NCBI GenBank assembly: GCA_963828735.1
Contig: CAWHFW010000005.1
Span: forward strand, 952,417 to 1,016,416
Direction of reading: 5' to 3'
DNA length: 64,000 bases
DNA from: an uncultured Gemmatimonadales bacterium
GTDB lineage: Bacteria > Gemmatimonadota > Gemmatimonadetes > Gemmatimonadales > GWC2-71-9
Below the pieces are notes generated by a model. It saw nothing but the letters and a program-made list of their open reading frames with translations, searched no databases and was not told the origin of the DNA. The number at the start of each line of letters is the position of its first letter. The first letter of the stretch is position 1. Both the position numbers and the translations under genes were made by a program. Of this stretch, positions 17,711 through 27,345 are shown piece by piece.

Positions 17711-19747
17711 ATGCTTCGAAACCTCACGTGGCTCCTGGTGGCCCTGGCGGGCGCCACCGGGTGGGGGACCCTGGCACTGCATCGCGGCGAGACCGTCAGC
17801 GCCGCCTGGCTCGTCCTCGCCGCCGTCTCCACCTACCTCATCGCCTTCCGCTTCTATAGCCGTTTCCTCGCCGACCGGGTGTTCGGCCTCAACGACCGGC
17901 GCGCCACGCCGGCCGAGCGGCTGGCCAACGGACGGGACTACGTGCCAACTTCGCGGTGGGTCCTGTTCGGTCACCACTTCGCGGCCATCGCGGGCGCCGG
18001 GCCCCTGGTCGGACCGGTGCTCGCGGCGCAGTTCGGCTACCTGCCCGGAACGATCTGGATCGTGGTCGGGGTGGTGCTCGCCGGGGCAGTGCAGGACTTC
18101 GTCATTCTGTTCGGCTCGATGCGGCGGGACGGCAAGTCGCTTGGCCAGATGGCCAAGGAGGAGACCGGGCCGATCACCGGGGTCCTCGCCATGGTCGCGG
18201 TGCTCGCGATCATGGTCATTCTCCTCGCGGTGCTCGCGCTCGTGGTGGTGAACGCGCTCAAGGACAGTCCATGGGGTGTGTTCACCATCCTGTGCACCAT
18301 GCCGATCGCCATCCTGATGGGCTTCTGGATGAAGGTGTGGCGGCCGGGCCGGACGCTCGAGGCGTCGGCCGCGGGCGTAGTGCTGCTGCTGCTCGCGCTC
18401 GTGGGCGGCCGCTACGTAGCCGCGTCGGCGACGCTGGCGCCGCTGTTCACCTGGTCGGGGATCACCATCGCCTACACGGTGATCGGCTACGGCTTCGTGG
18501 CGAGCGTGCTCCCGGTGTGGATGCTGCTCTGCCCGCGGGACTACCTCTCGACGTTCATGAAGATCGGGACGATCCTCCTGCTGGCGCTGGGCATCCTGAT
18601 CGCGCTGCCACCGCTCCGGATGCCGGCGGTGACGCCTTTCATCGATGGGACCGGGCCGGTGTTCGCCGGCAAGCTGTTCCCGTTCGCGTTCATCACCATC
18701 GCCTGCGGCGCCATCAGCGGGTTCCACGCGCTGGTGTCCTCCGGCACGACGCCGAAGATGCTGACCCGAGAGAGCGACGCTCGTCTCATCGGGTACGGTG
18801 GGATGCTCATGGAGTCGTTCGTCGCGGTCATGGCGCTCTGCGCGGCCACGCTGCTCGATCCCGGCGTCTACTTCGCCATCAACGCACCCCTGGCGACGCT
18901 GGGTGGAACGCCGGAGTCCGCCGCCGCCGTGATCCGCGGTTGGGGGTTCACGATCACCCCGGACCAGATCACCGGTCTCGCCAAGGAGGTCGGCGAACAG
19001 ACGCTGCTGGGGCGCGCGGGCGGCGCGCCCTCGCTCGCGGTGGGCATGGCGCACATCCTGAGCGGGGCTTTCGGCCAGGGGCTGATGGCCCTCTGGTACC
19101 ACTTCGCCATCATGTTCGAGGCCTTGTTCATCCTGACCACGGTGGACACCGGAACCCGCGTGGGGCGGTTCATGCTGCAGGAGCTGGTGGGTCACGTCTG
19201 GGAGCCGCTCGGCCGGACGTCGTGGTATCCGAGCACCATCCTCGCGTCGGCGACGGTCGTGGCCGGCTGGGGCTATTTCCTCGTGCAGGGCGTGCACGAT
19301 CCGCTCGGCGGGATCAACTCGCTGTGGCCCTTGTTCGGTATCAGCAACCAGCTCCTCGCCGCCGTGGCCCTGTGCGTCGGGACCACGATCCTCGTCAAGG
19401 GAGGCAAGGCGCGTTATGCCTGGGTGACGCTGGCGCCGCTGGCCTGGGTGCTGACCGTGACGCTGACCGCCGGCTGGCAGAAAGTGTTTGCCGCGGACCC
19501 GCGCCTCGGCTTCCTGTCGCACGCGGCGCGCACGATTGACCAGGTGGCTGCCGGATCGCTCGATGCGACGCGTGGGGCACGCGTCATCTTCAATGACCGG
19601 CTCGACGCCGTCGTGGCGATCGCCTTCATGACGGTGACGGTCCTGGTGGTCGCCGCGTCGGCGCGAGAGTGGATCCTCGTCCTCACCCGGCGCCGCCCCG
19701 CCACCGCCAAGGAATCGCCGTTCGTGGAGACCGCGTATGTGGGCTAG
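17711..19747 (+). CDS. cstA: Carbon starvation protein A (peptide/pyruvate transporter family)
   Basis: 678 aa, polytopic. FGHHFAAIAGAGPLVGPVLAAQFGYLPG and other CstA-typical blocks. Followed by a ybdD-like gene. Confidence 0.95.
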   Translation: MLRNLTWLLVALAGATGWGTLALHRGETVSAAWLVLAAVSTYLIAFRFYSRFLADRVFGLNDRRATPAERLANGRDYVPTSRWVLFGHHFAAIAGAGPLVGPVLAAQFGYLPGTIWIVVGVVLAGAVQDFVILFGSMRRDGKSLGQMAKEETGPITGVLAMVAVLAIMVILLAVLALVVVNALKDSPWGVFTILCTMPIAILMGFWMKVWRPGRTLEASAAGVVLLLLALVGGRYVAASATLAPLFTWSGITIAYTVIGYGFVASVLPVWMLLCPRDYLSTFMKIGTILLLALGILIALPPLRMPAVTPFIDGTGPVFAGKLFPFAFITIACGAISGFHALVSSGTTPKMLTRESDARLIGYGGMLMESFVAVMALCAATLLDPGVYFAINAPLATLGGTPESAAAVIRGWGFTITPDQITGLAKEVGEQTLLGRAGGAPSLAVGMAHILSGAFGQGLMALWYHFAIMFEALFILTTVDTGTRVGRFMLQELVGHVWEPLGRTSWYPSTILASATVVAGWGYFLVQGVHDPLGGINSLWPLFGISNQLLAAVALCVGTTILVKGGKARYAWVTLAPLAWVLTVTLTAGWQKVFAADPRLGFLSHAARTIDQVAAGSLDATRGARVIFNDRLDAVVAIAFMTVTVLVVAASAREWILVLTRRRPATAKESPFVETAYVG

Positions 19748-19919
19748 GGTGGAGGAGCTGCTGCGGGTCGTGCGGCGTATCTCGGGCATGCCGGATTACG
19801 CGGCATACGTCGAGCACGTGCAGCGGTGTCATCCCGAGCGGCCGGTCCCGAGTCCTCGGGAGTTCTACGACGACTATCTGCGCGCCCGCTACGAACGCGG
19901 ACCGACCCGGTGCTGCTAG
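19737..19919 (+). CDS. ybdD: YbdD/YjiX-family small protein (DUF466)
   Basis: 60 aa. MPDYAAYVEHVQRCHPERPVPSPREFY...RCC is the typical family signature. Overlaps the cstA end by 11 nt. Confidence 0.85.
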   Translation: MWARVEELLRVVRRISGMPDYAAYVEHVQRCHPERPVPSPREFYDDYLRARYERGPTRCC

Positions 19920-19958
19920 GGTCGTTCTGAGGACTGAGACGTTACGGTGAGTGACACA

Positions 19959-19988
19959 AAGGGGGCATGCGCCAACGCATGCCCCCTT
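19959..19988. terminator. Bidirectional hairpin between convergent genes (GGGGGCnTGC family)
   Basis: AAGGGGGCATGCG-CCAA-CGCATGCCCCCTT, a 13-bp perfect stem followed by CGTTCTTG. Confidence 0.6.
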
Positions 19989-20012
19989 CGTTCTTGCACC
20001 GGCCGCCCGCGC

Positions 20013-20936
20013 TCAGCGACTCGAGCTGGGCGCCGGTTCTCCCAGCTCGGCCACCCACGCCGTGAGCCACTTCCCGGTACGACTGATCACCGAGGAGCTG
20101 TCGCTGCCGAGAAAATCGAGATCGGCGTGCCGCAGGCTCGGGTCGTCATACACGCCTCGCGCCCGCGCCGCCGCGCGAGCGTCGAGCAACGCCTGCATGC
20201 TCTCCTTGGTGCCGATCCAGAGCAGTCCGTCGGAGGCTCGAATGGCGTACCGCTTGGGCAAGCCGAAGCTGTCGGGCGCGGCGTAAACCCTGGAAAGGAG
20301 CGGAATGAGGGCGGGATCCGTGGAGTAGGAGAGCAGCGTCAGGTAGCGGACCTTGAATTCCGCGCTGTCCGCCGAGAGGAAGCGCGCCGAGAGCGAGTCC
20401 TTCGCGCCCGCGCCGAGCCGGCCGAGCACCCACGCGTCGCCGTGGTCGTAGTTCTTCGACTGCAGCCGGCCTAGGATGTCGGCCAGGACGGCGGAATCGC
20501 CCTGCACCGCGCGGCGCCGCTCGAGGACGATCGCCTGCAGCGACGGCGTGACGTCCTCGGGGCGGAGGCCGGGGTTCCGGGGGAACGGGTTGTCCTCCGC
20601 GCCTTCGATCTGCTCGCGGAACCGGCGTGCCGTGTCGGCATAGGCGGCGTTCCTGAGCTCGGCCAGGCGGGTGAGGGCGACGAGGCCGGCGTTCCAATCG
20701 CCGTCGCCGTTCATGGCCCTGCGCGCGATGCGCCAGAGCTGTCCCGGATTCCGGAGCCCCTGGATCCGCACCACCGTATCGGCGCGCGGCGTGCCGGCCC
20801 GGAGCGCCTCGTGCAGCTCCGAATACGTCGCCCGGCCGGGCACGCCCACCCGGATCTGCACCTGCGCCTCCGCCGCCGAGGTCACTCCGAGCAGGAGTGC
20901 CGTGAGCGCGGTCGCTTTCCCCAAACCGATCGTCAT
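20013..20936 (-). CDS. Periplasmic hypothetical protein
   Basis: Track ORF trimmed to the ATG at 20936 (MTIGLGKATALTALLLGVTSAAEAQ signal peptide). ATGA overlap with the upstream MFS gene stop. Confidence 0.6.
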   Translation of the reverse strand: MTIGLGKATALTALLLGVTSAAEAQVQIRVGVPGRATYSELHEALRAGTPRADTVVRIQGLRNPGQLWRIARRAMNGDGDWNAGLVALTRLAELRNAAYADTARRFREQIEGAEDNPFPRNPGLRPEDVTPSLQAIVLERRRAVQGDSAVLADILGRLQSKNYDHGDAWVLGRLGAGAKDSLSARFLSADSAEFKVRYLTLLSYSTDPALIPLLSRVYAAPDSFGLPKRYAIRASDGLLWIGTKESMQALLDARAAARARGVYDDPSLRHADLDFLGSDSSSVISRTGKWLTAWVAELGEPAPSSSR

Positions 20937-22180
20937 GCCGGTTGTTTCTCCCGAATCCGTGTTGACGCGCCGAGCCACAGGACCACCGCCGCCGCCATAC
21001 CGGCCGCGCTCGCGACCAGGGCGGCGGGTCCGCTCACCGATTGATAGAGCCACCCGAACAACAGCCCGGCCGGCAAGGCGGCCGCGCCGGTCAGTGCATG
21101 ATACAGGCCGAAGCCCCGGCCGGTCCGCACCGGGGAAAGGCGAGCCACCATGGACCGTTCGGCGGATTCCGTGAGGCCGGCGACCAGGCCCAGCGCCAGG
21201 AAGGTGACCACGGCCGCGGACGGTCCGAGGGACAGACCGAGCGCGCCGACCACGCCGGCGAACACCAACCCGCCGGCCGCCACGGTGGCCCTCGGCCCGA
21301 GAAGGTCCGAGAGCCAGCCGCCCGGATACGAGCTCGCGCTCCGCACCACGTGAAGGCCGGCCCAGACGAGCGGCACCAGTGCCACGGCCAGGCCGGCGTC
21401 CTGAAGCCGGAGCAGGAGCAGCGTTTCCGGCACGCGGCAAAAGGTCAGCGCGGTGAGCGCAAGCACCGGCGGCCAGAACACGCGGCTTCCCGCATCGATC
21501 GGGGCGGCGGCCGCCGGGCGTGCCGGCGCGACGGCGGGCACCCGGGTGCCGCGAAGCACGGCCGCGAGCAGCAGGAAGGCGACCACGCCCGGGACCACGC
21601 TCCACTCGATGACCCGCCGCACCTCCACGCCCCGGGAAAGGAAGTACCAGGCGGCGAGGCTGCCGATGACCGCGCCGAGATGGTCGGCGCCGCGGTGGAA
21701 GCCGAACGCGCGTCCGCGAAGCTCGGGCGGCGTCACGCCGGCGATGAGCGCGTCGCGCGGCGGAGTGCGGATTCCCTTGCCCACCCGGTCGATGACCCGG
21801 AATCCGACCACCTGCCATGCCGCGTTCGCGACGGCGATCAGCGGACGGACGAGCACTGCGGTCAGGTAGCCCACGAGGATGAGGGGACCCCGCCAGCGCG
21901 GGCGATCGGCGAGGCGTCCGCTCACCACCTTGAGGACCGCTGAGGTCAGGTCCGCCGCGCCGTCGAGAAGGCCGAGGAGCGCGGCGCCGCCGCCGAGCGT
22001 CCCGGTCACGAAGGCGGGCAGCAGGGGGTAGACCATCTCGCTGGCGAAATCGTTGAACAGCGAGACGAGCGAAAGGCCCTTCACCGCGGGGGGGACGGCC
22101 GAAATCTCCCCCGGTGGTGGCAGGGTCCGGGGCGGCGCCGTCACAGGGCGATGGGACAGGGCATCGCTGGAAGGTAGCAT
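20933..22180 (-). CDS. MFS transporter
   Basis: Trimmed to the ATG at 22180. About 12 hydrophobic segments. GRLADRPRWRGPL loop motif between TM2 and TM3. Confidence 0.8.
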   Translation of the reverse strand: MLPSSDALSHRPVTAPPRTLPPPGEISAVPPAVKGLSLVSLFNDFASEMVYPLLPAFVTGTLGGGAALLGLLDGAADLTSAVLKVVSGRLADRPRWRGPLILVGYLTAVLVRPLIAVANAAWQVVGFRVIDRVGKGIRTPPRDALIAGVTPPELRGRAFGFHRGADHLGAVIGSLAAWYFLSRGVEVRRVIEWSVVPGVVAFLLLAAVLRGTRVPAVAPARPAAAAPIDAGSRVFWPPVLALTALTFCRVPETLLLLRLQDAGLAVALVPLVWAGLHVVRSASSYPGGWLSDLLGPRATVAAGGLVFAGVVGALGLSLGPSAAVVTFLALGLVAGLTESAERSMVARLSPVRTGRGFGLYHALTGAAALPAGLLFGWLYQSVSGPAALVASAAGMAAAVVLWLGASTRIREKQPA

Positions 22181-22195
22181 GTATGTTACGGCCCC

Positions 22196-23227
22196 ATGTG
22201 CTCCGATTCCGTCCGGTTTCACGAGTCCAACCTGTGGTCGACGCCCATCCGGGACCTGGGGCTGACCATCGCCGGCACCCGCCTCGAGCCGATCCTCGGT
22301 GAGTTCGAGGGCGAGCTCCGGGCCGCCGGCCTCACCCGCGTCCGCCCCAGCTTCTACCTCTCGACGGAGTGGGGCGTGCCGTTCGAGACGGTGGCCATCG
22401 CCATCCCCTTCTACCTCGCGCAGCCGGACCTCACCGCTCTGCACGCCGAGCGCGTGGGGCACGTCGAGGGATTCGACCGGGCCGACATCCTGCGCTACCT
22501 CCGCCACGAGATGGGCCACGTCATCAACTACGCCTACCGGCTGTACGACGAGGAGGAATGGGTCAAGCAGTTCGGATCGATCACCCAGCCGTACGGCGAG
22601 GAATACCGGCCCGAGCCGTTCAGCCGGCGCTACGTGCGGCACCTGCCGGGGTGGTACGCGCAGAAGCACCCCGACGAGGACTGGTCGGAGACGTTCGCGG
22701 TCTGGATGACGCCGGGGCTCGACTGGCGGAAGGAATACGGCGGGTGGCCGGTGGCCGCGGCCAAGCTGGCCTACTGCGATCGCGCGATGACGGCGATCCG
22801 CGAGCGCGAGCCGGTCGTGACCGCCGCCGATCTGGACGAGGATGTCGGCGACATCGAGTACTCGCTGGGCCAGTACTATGGCGACGATCCGGAGGCACGC
22901 GCCGACATGCCGCCCGGGCTCGATGGTGCCTTGCTCGCGATCTTCGAGGACCTGCGGTCGGAGACCGGCCTGTCACTGGACGAGCCGCTCGCCCCCGCCG
23001 ACGCGCTCATCCGGCGGCTCGAGTCCGAGCTCATGGCCAACGTCTTCCGATGGACGGGGCACTTTCCCGAGCGCACGCGGGTGCTGCTGCGCTTCCTGGC
23101 CGAGCGCGCCGGGCACCTGCAGCAGGGCTACGCGCGAACGCGGGAGACCTCGGCGATCGTGGCGCTCACGACACTGGTGACGGGATTGGCGATGAACTAC
23201 GTGCAGCGGGGCTCCTACCTGCCGTAG
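22196..23227 (+). CDS. Putative zinc metallopeptidase-like protein (HExxH)
   Basis: 343 aa with YLRHEMGHVINY. Convergent with an ATP-grasp gene, 18 nt away. Confidence 0.65.
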   Translation: MCSDSVRFHESNLWSTPIRDLGLTIAGTRLEPILGEFEGELRAAGLTRVRPSFYLSTEWGVPFETVAIAIPFYLAQPDLTALHAERVGHVEGFDRADILRYLRHEMGHVINYAYRLYDEEEWVKQFGSITQPYGEEYRPEPFSRRYVRHLPGWYAQKHPDEDWSETFAVWMTPGLDWRKEYGGWPVAAAKLAYCDRAMTAIREREPVVTAADLDEDVGDIEYSLGQYYGDDPEARADMPPGLDGALLAIFEDLRSETGLSLDEPLAPADALIRRLESELMANVFRWTGHFPERTRVLLRFLAERAGHLQQGYARTRETSAIVALTTLVTGLAMNYVQRGSYLP

Positions 23228-23245
23228 GCCCGCGTCGACGACGGG

Positions 23246-24235
23246 CTACCTCCGTTTCTTCTCGAAGCGCTCCGCGGCCAGGTTCACGATCCGCTCGATC
23301 GTGCGCGGGTAGTCGAGCCCGCTGGCGCCGGCCGCCATGGCGAACTCACTGGTCTTCTCCAGATAGCAGCTGGCGTTGACTTCGAGGACGTAGATGTCGC
23401 CCGTCTCGGTCAGCCGCAGGTCCACACGCCCATAGTCCTTGACGCGCAGCGCGCGGTAGGCGTCGACCGCCACCTTCTGGAGCCGCGCGCGGAGCTCGTC
23501 GGGCAGGGTCGCGATCACCGACTTGGTGCCCTTGTACTCCTTGCTCTTCTCGTCCCACTTGGCCTTGCTGTCCATGACCTTGGGGACGCCCTCCGGGAAG
23601 CCGGTGAAGTCCACCTCGATCGGCGGCAACGCCTTGGGCTGCGCGTTGCCGAGCACGCCCACGTAGAACTCGCGCCCGTCGATGTACTCCTCCGCCAGCG
23701 CCGAGTCCTCCAGCTCCTTGTGGATCGCGGCCACCCGCTCCATCAGCGCCGCCGCGTCGTGCACCAGCGACTTGCCGCCGATGCCGAGCGACGCGTCCGA
23801 CCGCAGTGGCTTCACGAACAGCGGCATGCGGAGGTTGCCGCCGGTCTCGAAGCTGGCCTGGCGGGAGAAGATGGCGTAGCGCGGATAGAGGATGTCCTCG
23901 AAGGCGAGCAGCTTCTTGGTGAGGCCCTTGTCCTGGCTGAGGTACAGCTCGCCGGGGCCGCTGCCGGTGTACCGCAGGCCCAGCAGCTCCAGCAGTCCGG
24001 TGACGGGAATGTCGCCGAAGACGTTGTCGCCGAACATCTCCATCAGGTTGAACACGAGCTCGGGCTTTCGGCGCGAGAGCCCCGCGATGAGGCGCTTGAC
24101 GTCGCCGTGGACGCCGAGCACCGAGACCCGGTGCCCGAGGCGCCGGAGCGTGCGCGCCACCTGGGGCACGACCGGGTCGTACTCCTTGGAGTTCTCGTCT
24201 TCGCTGTCGAGGTAGGTCAGCACGGTGATCTTCAC
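23246..24235 (-). CDS. D-alanine--D-alanine ligase-family ATP-grasp enzyme
   Basis: GTG start at 24235 behind AAGGGAGG (VKITVLTY...). FVKPLRSDASLGI, EEYIDGREFYVGVLG and YVLEVNASC blocks. Confidence 0.85.
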   Translation of the reverse strand: MKITVLTYLDSEDENSKEYDPVVPQVARTLRRLGHRVSVLGVHGDVKRLIAGLSRRKPELVFNLMEMFGDNVFGDIPVTGLLELLGLRYTGSGPGELYLSQDKGLTKKLLAFEDILYPRYAIFSRQASFETGGNLRMPLFVKPLRSDASLGIGGKSLVHDAAALMERVAAIHKELEDSALAEEYIDGREFYVGVLGNAQPKALPPIEVDFTGFPEGVPKVMDSKAKWDEKSKEYKGTKSVIATLPDELRARLQKVAVDAYRALRVKDYGRVDLRLTETGDIYVLEVNASCYLEKTSEFAMAAGASGLDYPRTIERIVNLAAERFEKKRR

Positions 24236-24245
24236 AGAGCCTCCC

Positions 24246-25859
24246 TTACTCCGCGAGGTCCATTCCCCATCGCGCGAGCGACACGGGAATCCCGCCATAG
24301 CCGAGCAGGGCGTCGTGAAACGTCCTCGGATCGTAGTCGCCACCCGAGGCCTCGCGGTAGGCCTCGCGGAGGCGCAGCACCTCCCGGCGGCCGACCGCAT
24401 AGCACAGCTGATACGTGGGCCACGCGCAGTAGCGCCGCACTTCGGCCTCGGCGCTGCGCCGCTCGATCGGCAGGTGCTCGACCATGTAGTCCACCGCCTC
24501 GCTCGGCGTCATGCCGCGCGTGTGGAGGCCGACGTCGAGCACGATCCGGATGGCGCGCCAGAGCAGGTTCACGAGCTGGAAGAGCCGCTCCTCGGGCGTA
24601 CGGTAGTATCCCATCTCGCCGGCGAGCTGCTCGCAGTAGAGCGCCCACCCTTCCACCATGACCGGCGTCCACAGATGGCGACGGACCTCCGAGCGCAGGC
24701 CCTGCGCCGTGACGAGCTGGAGGTGGTGCCCCGGATACGCCTCGTGCACCACCATCGCCGCGATGGCGTGGCGGCAGTGCCCGCGCCGCTGTTGCGCCGC
24801 CGCCTCGTCCGGCAGCGACGGGTCGGGCGGCGTGACGTAGAAGCGCCCGCGGGGCGCCCCAAGATAGATCGGCGGAGGCTCGTAGGCCGCGAAGGGCACC
24901 AGCGCCGTGAGAAAGGACGGCGTGGCGACGATGTCCACCGGCGCCTCCGGAATCGCGGCCAGATCTCGCTCCGCCACGAACGCGCGCGCGCGGCCGAGCT
25001 CACCCCGGTACGTGTCCAGGATGGCGTCCGTCGCCGGCGCGTCGTTCCGGAGCTCGTCCACCACCTCGCGCCAGGGCCGCGGGCTCAGCTCGGAGGCCAG
25101 CGCCGCGATCTGCGCGGTGGTTTCCTCCTGGAGATGGAGCCCGTACCGCCAGAGCTCGGGCGCGCCGGACACGACCGCGTGCTCGAAGTGGAGCCGCCGC
25201 GCGAACTGTTCCTCGCCGATGGCGAACGCATGCGGATCGGCGCTGGGCTCGATCTCGTCGCGGAGCGCCGTGCCGCAGCGCTTGAGCGCCTCGAGGGCCG
25301 CGCCCGCCGCCGCGTTGAGCTCGTCCCGGAGGCCCGGCGCGTCCGCGCCCAGGGTGGCGGCCAGCTGCACGATCAGCTCGCCGCCGCCGCCGAGCATGGC
25401 GAGCGCGGAATCCACGAATACCGATGGCGGTGCTTCCAGTGTGGCCCGCGCCGCGTCGAGAAACCCGGGGACCGCGCGGAGCCGCTCGAGCCCCGCGGGC
25501 GCACGCCCACCCGCCGCCTCGCCGGTGCGGGAGAGCACGGCGTAGAGACCCTGGAACAGGTGATTGACCCAGAACACCGGATTCCGTTCGTGGGGTCGCT
25601 CGTGCTCCAGCCGGAAGATGCCGCCTCGGATCTCGCCAAGCAGCGCGGTCCGGTCGATCTCGTCCTGCAGGTCGTCCACCTCGAGCTCTTCCACCGCACC
25701 CGCCACTGAGCGCAGCGCCGCGACGTGCGCGCGCACCGCGGCATCGTCGAACTGGCCCAGCCGGCCGTCGTGCGACACCAGCCCGGCGGCGCTCCCGGCG
25801 GCGGGATCGAAGTGGTACTTGAGATCCAGGTACGATCGGCAGAGCTCGTTGATGGACAT
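24246..25859 (-). CDS. DUF885-family protein (putative metallopeptidase-like)
   Basis: 537 aa. HEAYPGHHLQ and WALYCEQL blocks are typical of DUF885. Confidence 0.8.
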   Translation of the reverse strand: MSINELCRSYLDLKYHFDPAAGSAAGLVSHDGRLGQFDDAAVRAHVAALRSVAGAVEELEVDDLQDEIDRTALLGEIRGGIFRLEHERPHERNPVFWVNHLFQGLYAVLSRTGEAAGGRAPAGLERLRAVPGFLDAARATLEAPPSVFVDSALAMLGGGGELIVQLAATLGADAPGLRDELNAAAGAALEALKRCGTALRDEIEPSADPHAFAIGEEQFARRLHFEHAVVSGAPELWRYGLHLQEETTAQIAALASELSPRPWREVVDELRNDAPATDAILDTYRGELGRARAFVAERDLAAIPEAPVDIVATPSFLTALVPFAAYEPPPIYLGAPRGRFYVTPPDPSLPDEAAAQQRRGHCRHAIAAMVVHEAYPGHHLQLVTAQGLRSEVRRHLWTPVMVEGWALYCEQLAGEMGYYRTPEERLFQLVNLLWRAIRIVLDVGLHTRGMTPSEAVDYMVEHLPIERRSAEAEVRRYCAWPTYQLCYAVGRREVLRLREAYREASGGDYDPRTFHDALLGYGGIPVSLARWGMDLAE

Positions 25860-25869
25860 GGGCTCGGCG

Positions 25870-26856
25870 TCAGGCCGACGGCGAGGCGGTCAGCTCGGAA
25901 TGGTCGCCCAGCGACGCACTGCCGGCGAGCCCTTCGGCGACGACCCCGTTCCCGATCATCGCGCCGTCGAGATGCACCCGGGTGAGCCGCGCATCGCGCC
26001 CCACGATGGTGTTCCGAAGCCGGCTGTCCACGATCGTCGCCCCTTCCTCGAGCGAGACGTTCGGCCCGATCTCGCTCCGCTCGATCCTCACGCCGTCCTC
26101 GATGTACACGGGGTCGTGGATGGTGACCCCGGGGAACTCGCGCCGCCGGGCCGACCCCTTCCGGAGCAGGATCTCGTTCGTCTCGAGCAAGGTGTCGAGC
26201 TTGCCGCAGTCGTACCAGCCGCCCACCTCGGCGGTGAGGATGCGCTTGCCGTGCTCGATCATCCACTGGAACGCGTCGGTCAGGAAGTATTCACCCTTGT
26301 TCTTGGGGCTCGCCAGCACGTGGTCGATCCCCTGCCACAGGCTGTCCACCGCGCGGATGTAGTAGAGCCCGATGTTGGCGAGCTTCGAGATCGGCGTCGT
26401 GGGCTTCTCGACGATCCTCGTCATGTAGCCCTGGCTGTCGGTGACGACCACGCCGAAGCGCTGATAGTCCTCGACCTCCTTGGCCCAGATGATGCCGTCG
26501 GCGTTCGTGCGGTTGATCAGGGTGAGATCCGCCTCGAAGACGGTGTCCACGAAGATGATCAGCACGGGCTCGCGGACGAAGGGGCGCGCCAGGTTGACCG
26601 CGCCGGCGGTGCCGTCCTGGACTTTCTGCTCGACGAAGCGCGACGGGATCCGGTAGTGCGAACGGGCGTACGCTTCGACCTGCTCCTTCAGGTGTCCCGT
26701 GATGAAGATGAGCTCGCTCACGTCCAGCCCGTCGAGGCGGTCCATCACCCAGTCCATCACCGGCCGTCCCGCCACCTTCAGCATCGGCTTGGGGACGAGA
26801 TGCGTGTGCGGCCGGAGACGGGTGCCCTTCCCGGCGAGCGGGATGATCACTTGCAT
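25870..26856 (-). CDS. Sugar-phosphate nucleotidyltransferase with C-terminal left-handed beta-helix
   Basis: MQVIIPLAGKGTRLRPHTHLVPKPML (GxGTRL signature). C-terminal hexapeptide-like repeats. Confidence 0.85.
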   Translation of the reverse strand: MQVIIPLAGKGTRLRPHTHLVPKPMLKVAGRPVMDWVMDRLDGLDVSELIFITGHLKEQVEAYARSHYRIPSRFVEQKVQDGTAGAVNLARPFVREPVLIIFVDTVFEADLTLINRTNADGIIWAKEVEDYQRFGVVVTDSQGYMTRIVEKPTTPISKLANIGLYYIRAVDSLWQGIDHVLASPKNKGEYFLTDAFQWMIEHGKRILTAEVGGWYDCGKLDTLLETNEILLRKGSARRREFPGVTIHDPVYIEDGVRIERSEIGPNVSLEEGATIVDSRLRNTIVGRDARLTRVHLDGAMIGNGVVAEGLAGSASLGDHSELTASPSA

Positions 26857-26857
26857 G

Positions 26858-27208
26858 TCAGCCCCTTCCGTAGCGGTCCTGGAGCCGGACCAGGTCGTCG
26901 AGCTCCGGCGTGGATGCCTCGAGCACGTCGCTGTCCACGACGGCCTCGATCTGGTGCACGAGCTTGGCCGGAATGTGCACGCTCTCGCCGGCCTTGAACG
27001 CGCGCGACTCGAGCGCGTCGCCGGGCCGGGTGCGGAGGATCAGCTCGCCCCGGAGCACGTGCATCGTCTCGTCCTTCAGGTTGTGATACTGGAGGCTCAG
27101 CACGTGCCCGGCCTTCACGTGGAGGATCTTGCCCACATAGCGGTCGCTGCGCGCCCAGATGAGCTCGTAGCCCCAGGGTTTCTCCACTCGGTAAGGCACG
27201 TCTGGCAC
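26858..27208 (-). CDS. Cupin-domain protein (mannose-6-phosphate isomerase type II C-terminal-like)
   Basis: GTG start at 27208 behind AGGAGGA. EKPWGYE...SLQYHNLKDETMHVLRGE...HIPAKLVHQIEA. Confidence 0.75.
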   Translation of the reverse strand: MPDVPYRVEKPWGYELIWARSDRYVGKILHVKAGHVLSLQYHNLKDETMHVLRGELILRTRPGDALESRAFKAGESVHIPAKLVHQIEAVVDSDVLEASTPELDDLVRLQDRYGRG

Positions 27209-27345
27209 GGATGATCCTCCTGCGGGCGGGACGACGAACCTTCGCGGCGGAAATATAGGCTCGGCGGGGGCGGCGATGAATGGCGCCGATCGACGATCAG
27301 GAGCCACGGCGACATCACGCGTCGCCGCCGCGACGCGTGATTGGG

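Noticed and set aside
17237-19789. 850-aa minus-strand ORF covering the whole cstA locus
   Set aside because: It is antisense to an unmistakable CstA gene. The translation is Arg/His/Gly/Pro-rich, low-complexity and motif-free. This is a typical high-GC antisense open frame.
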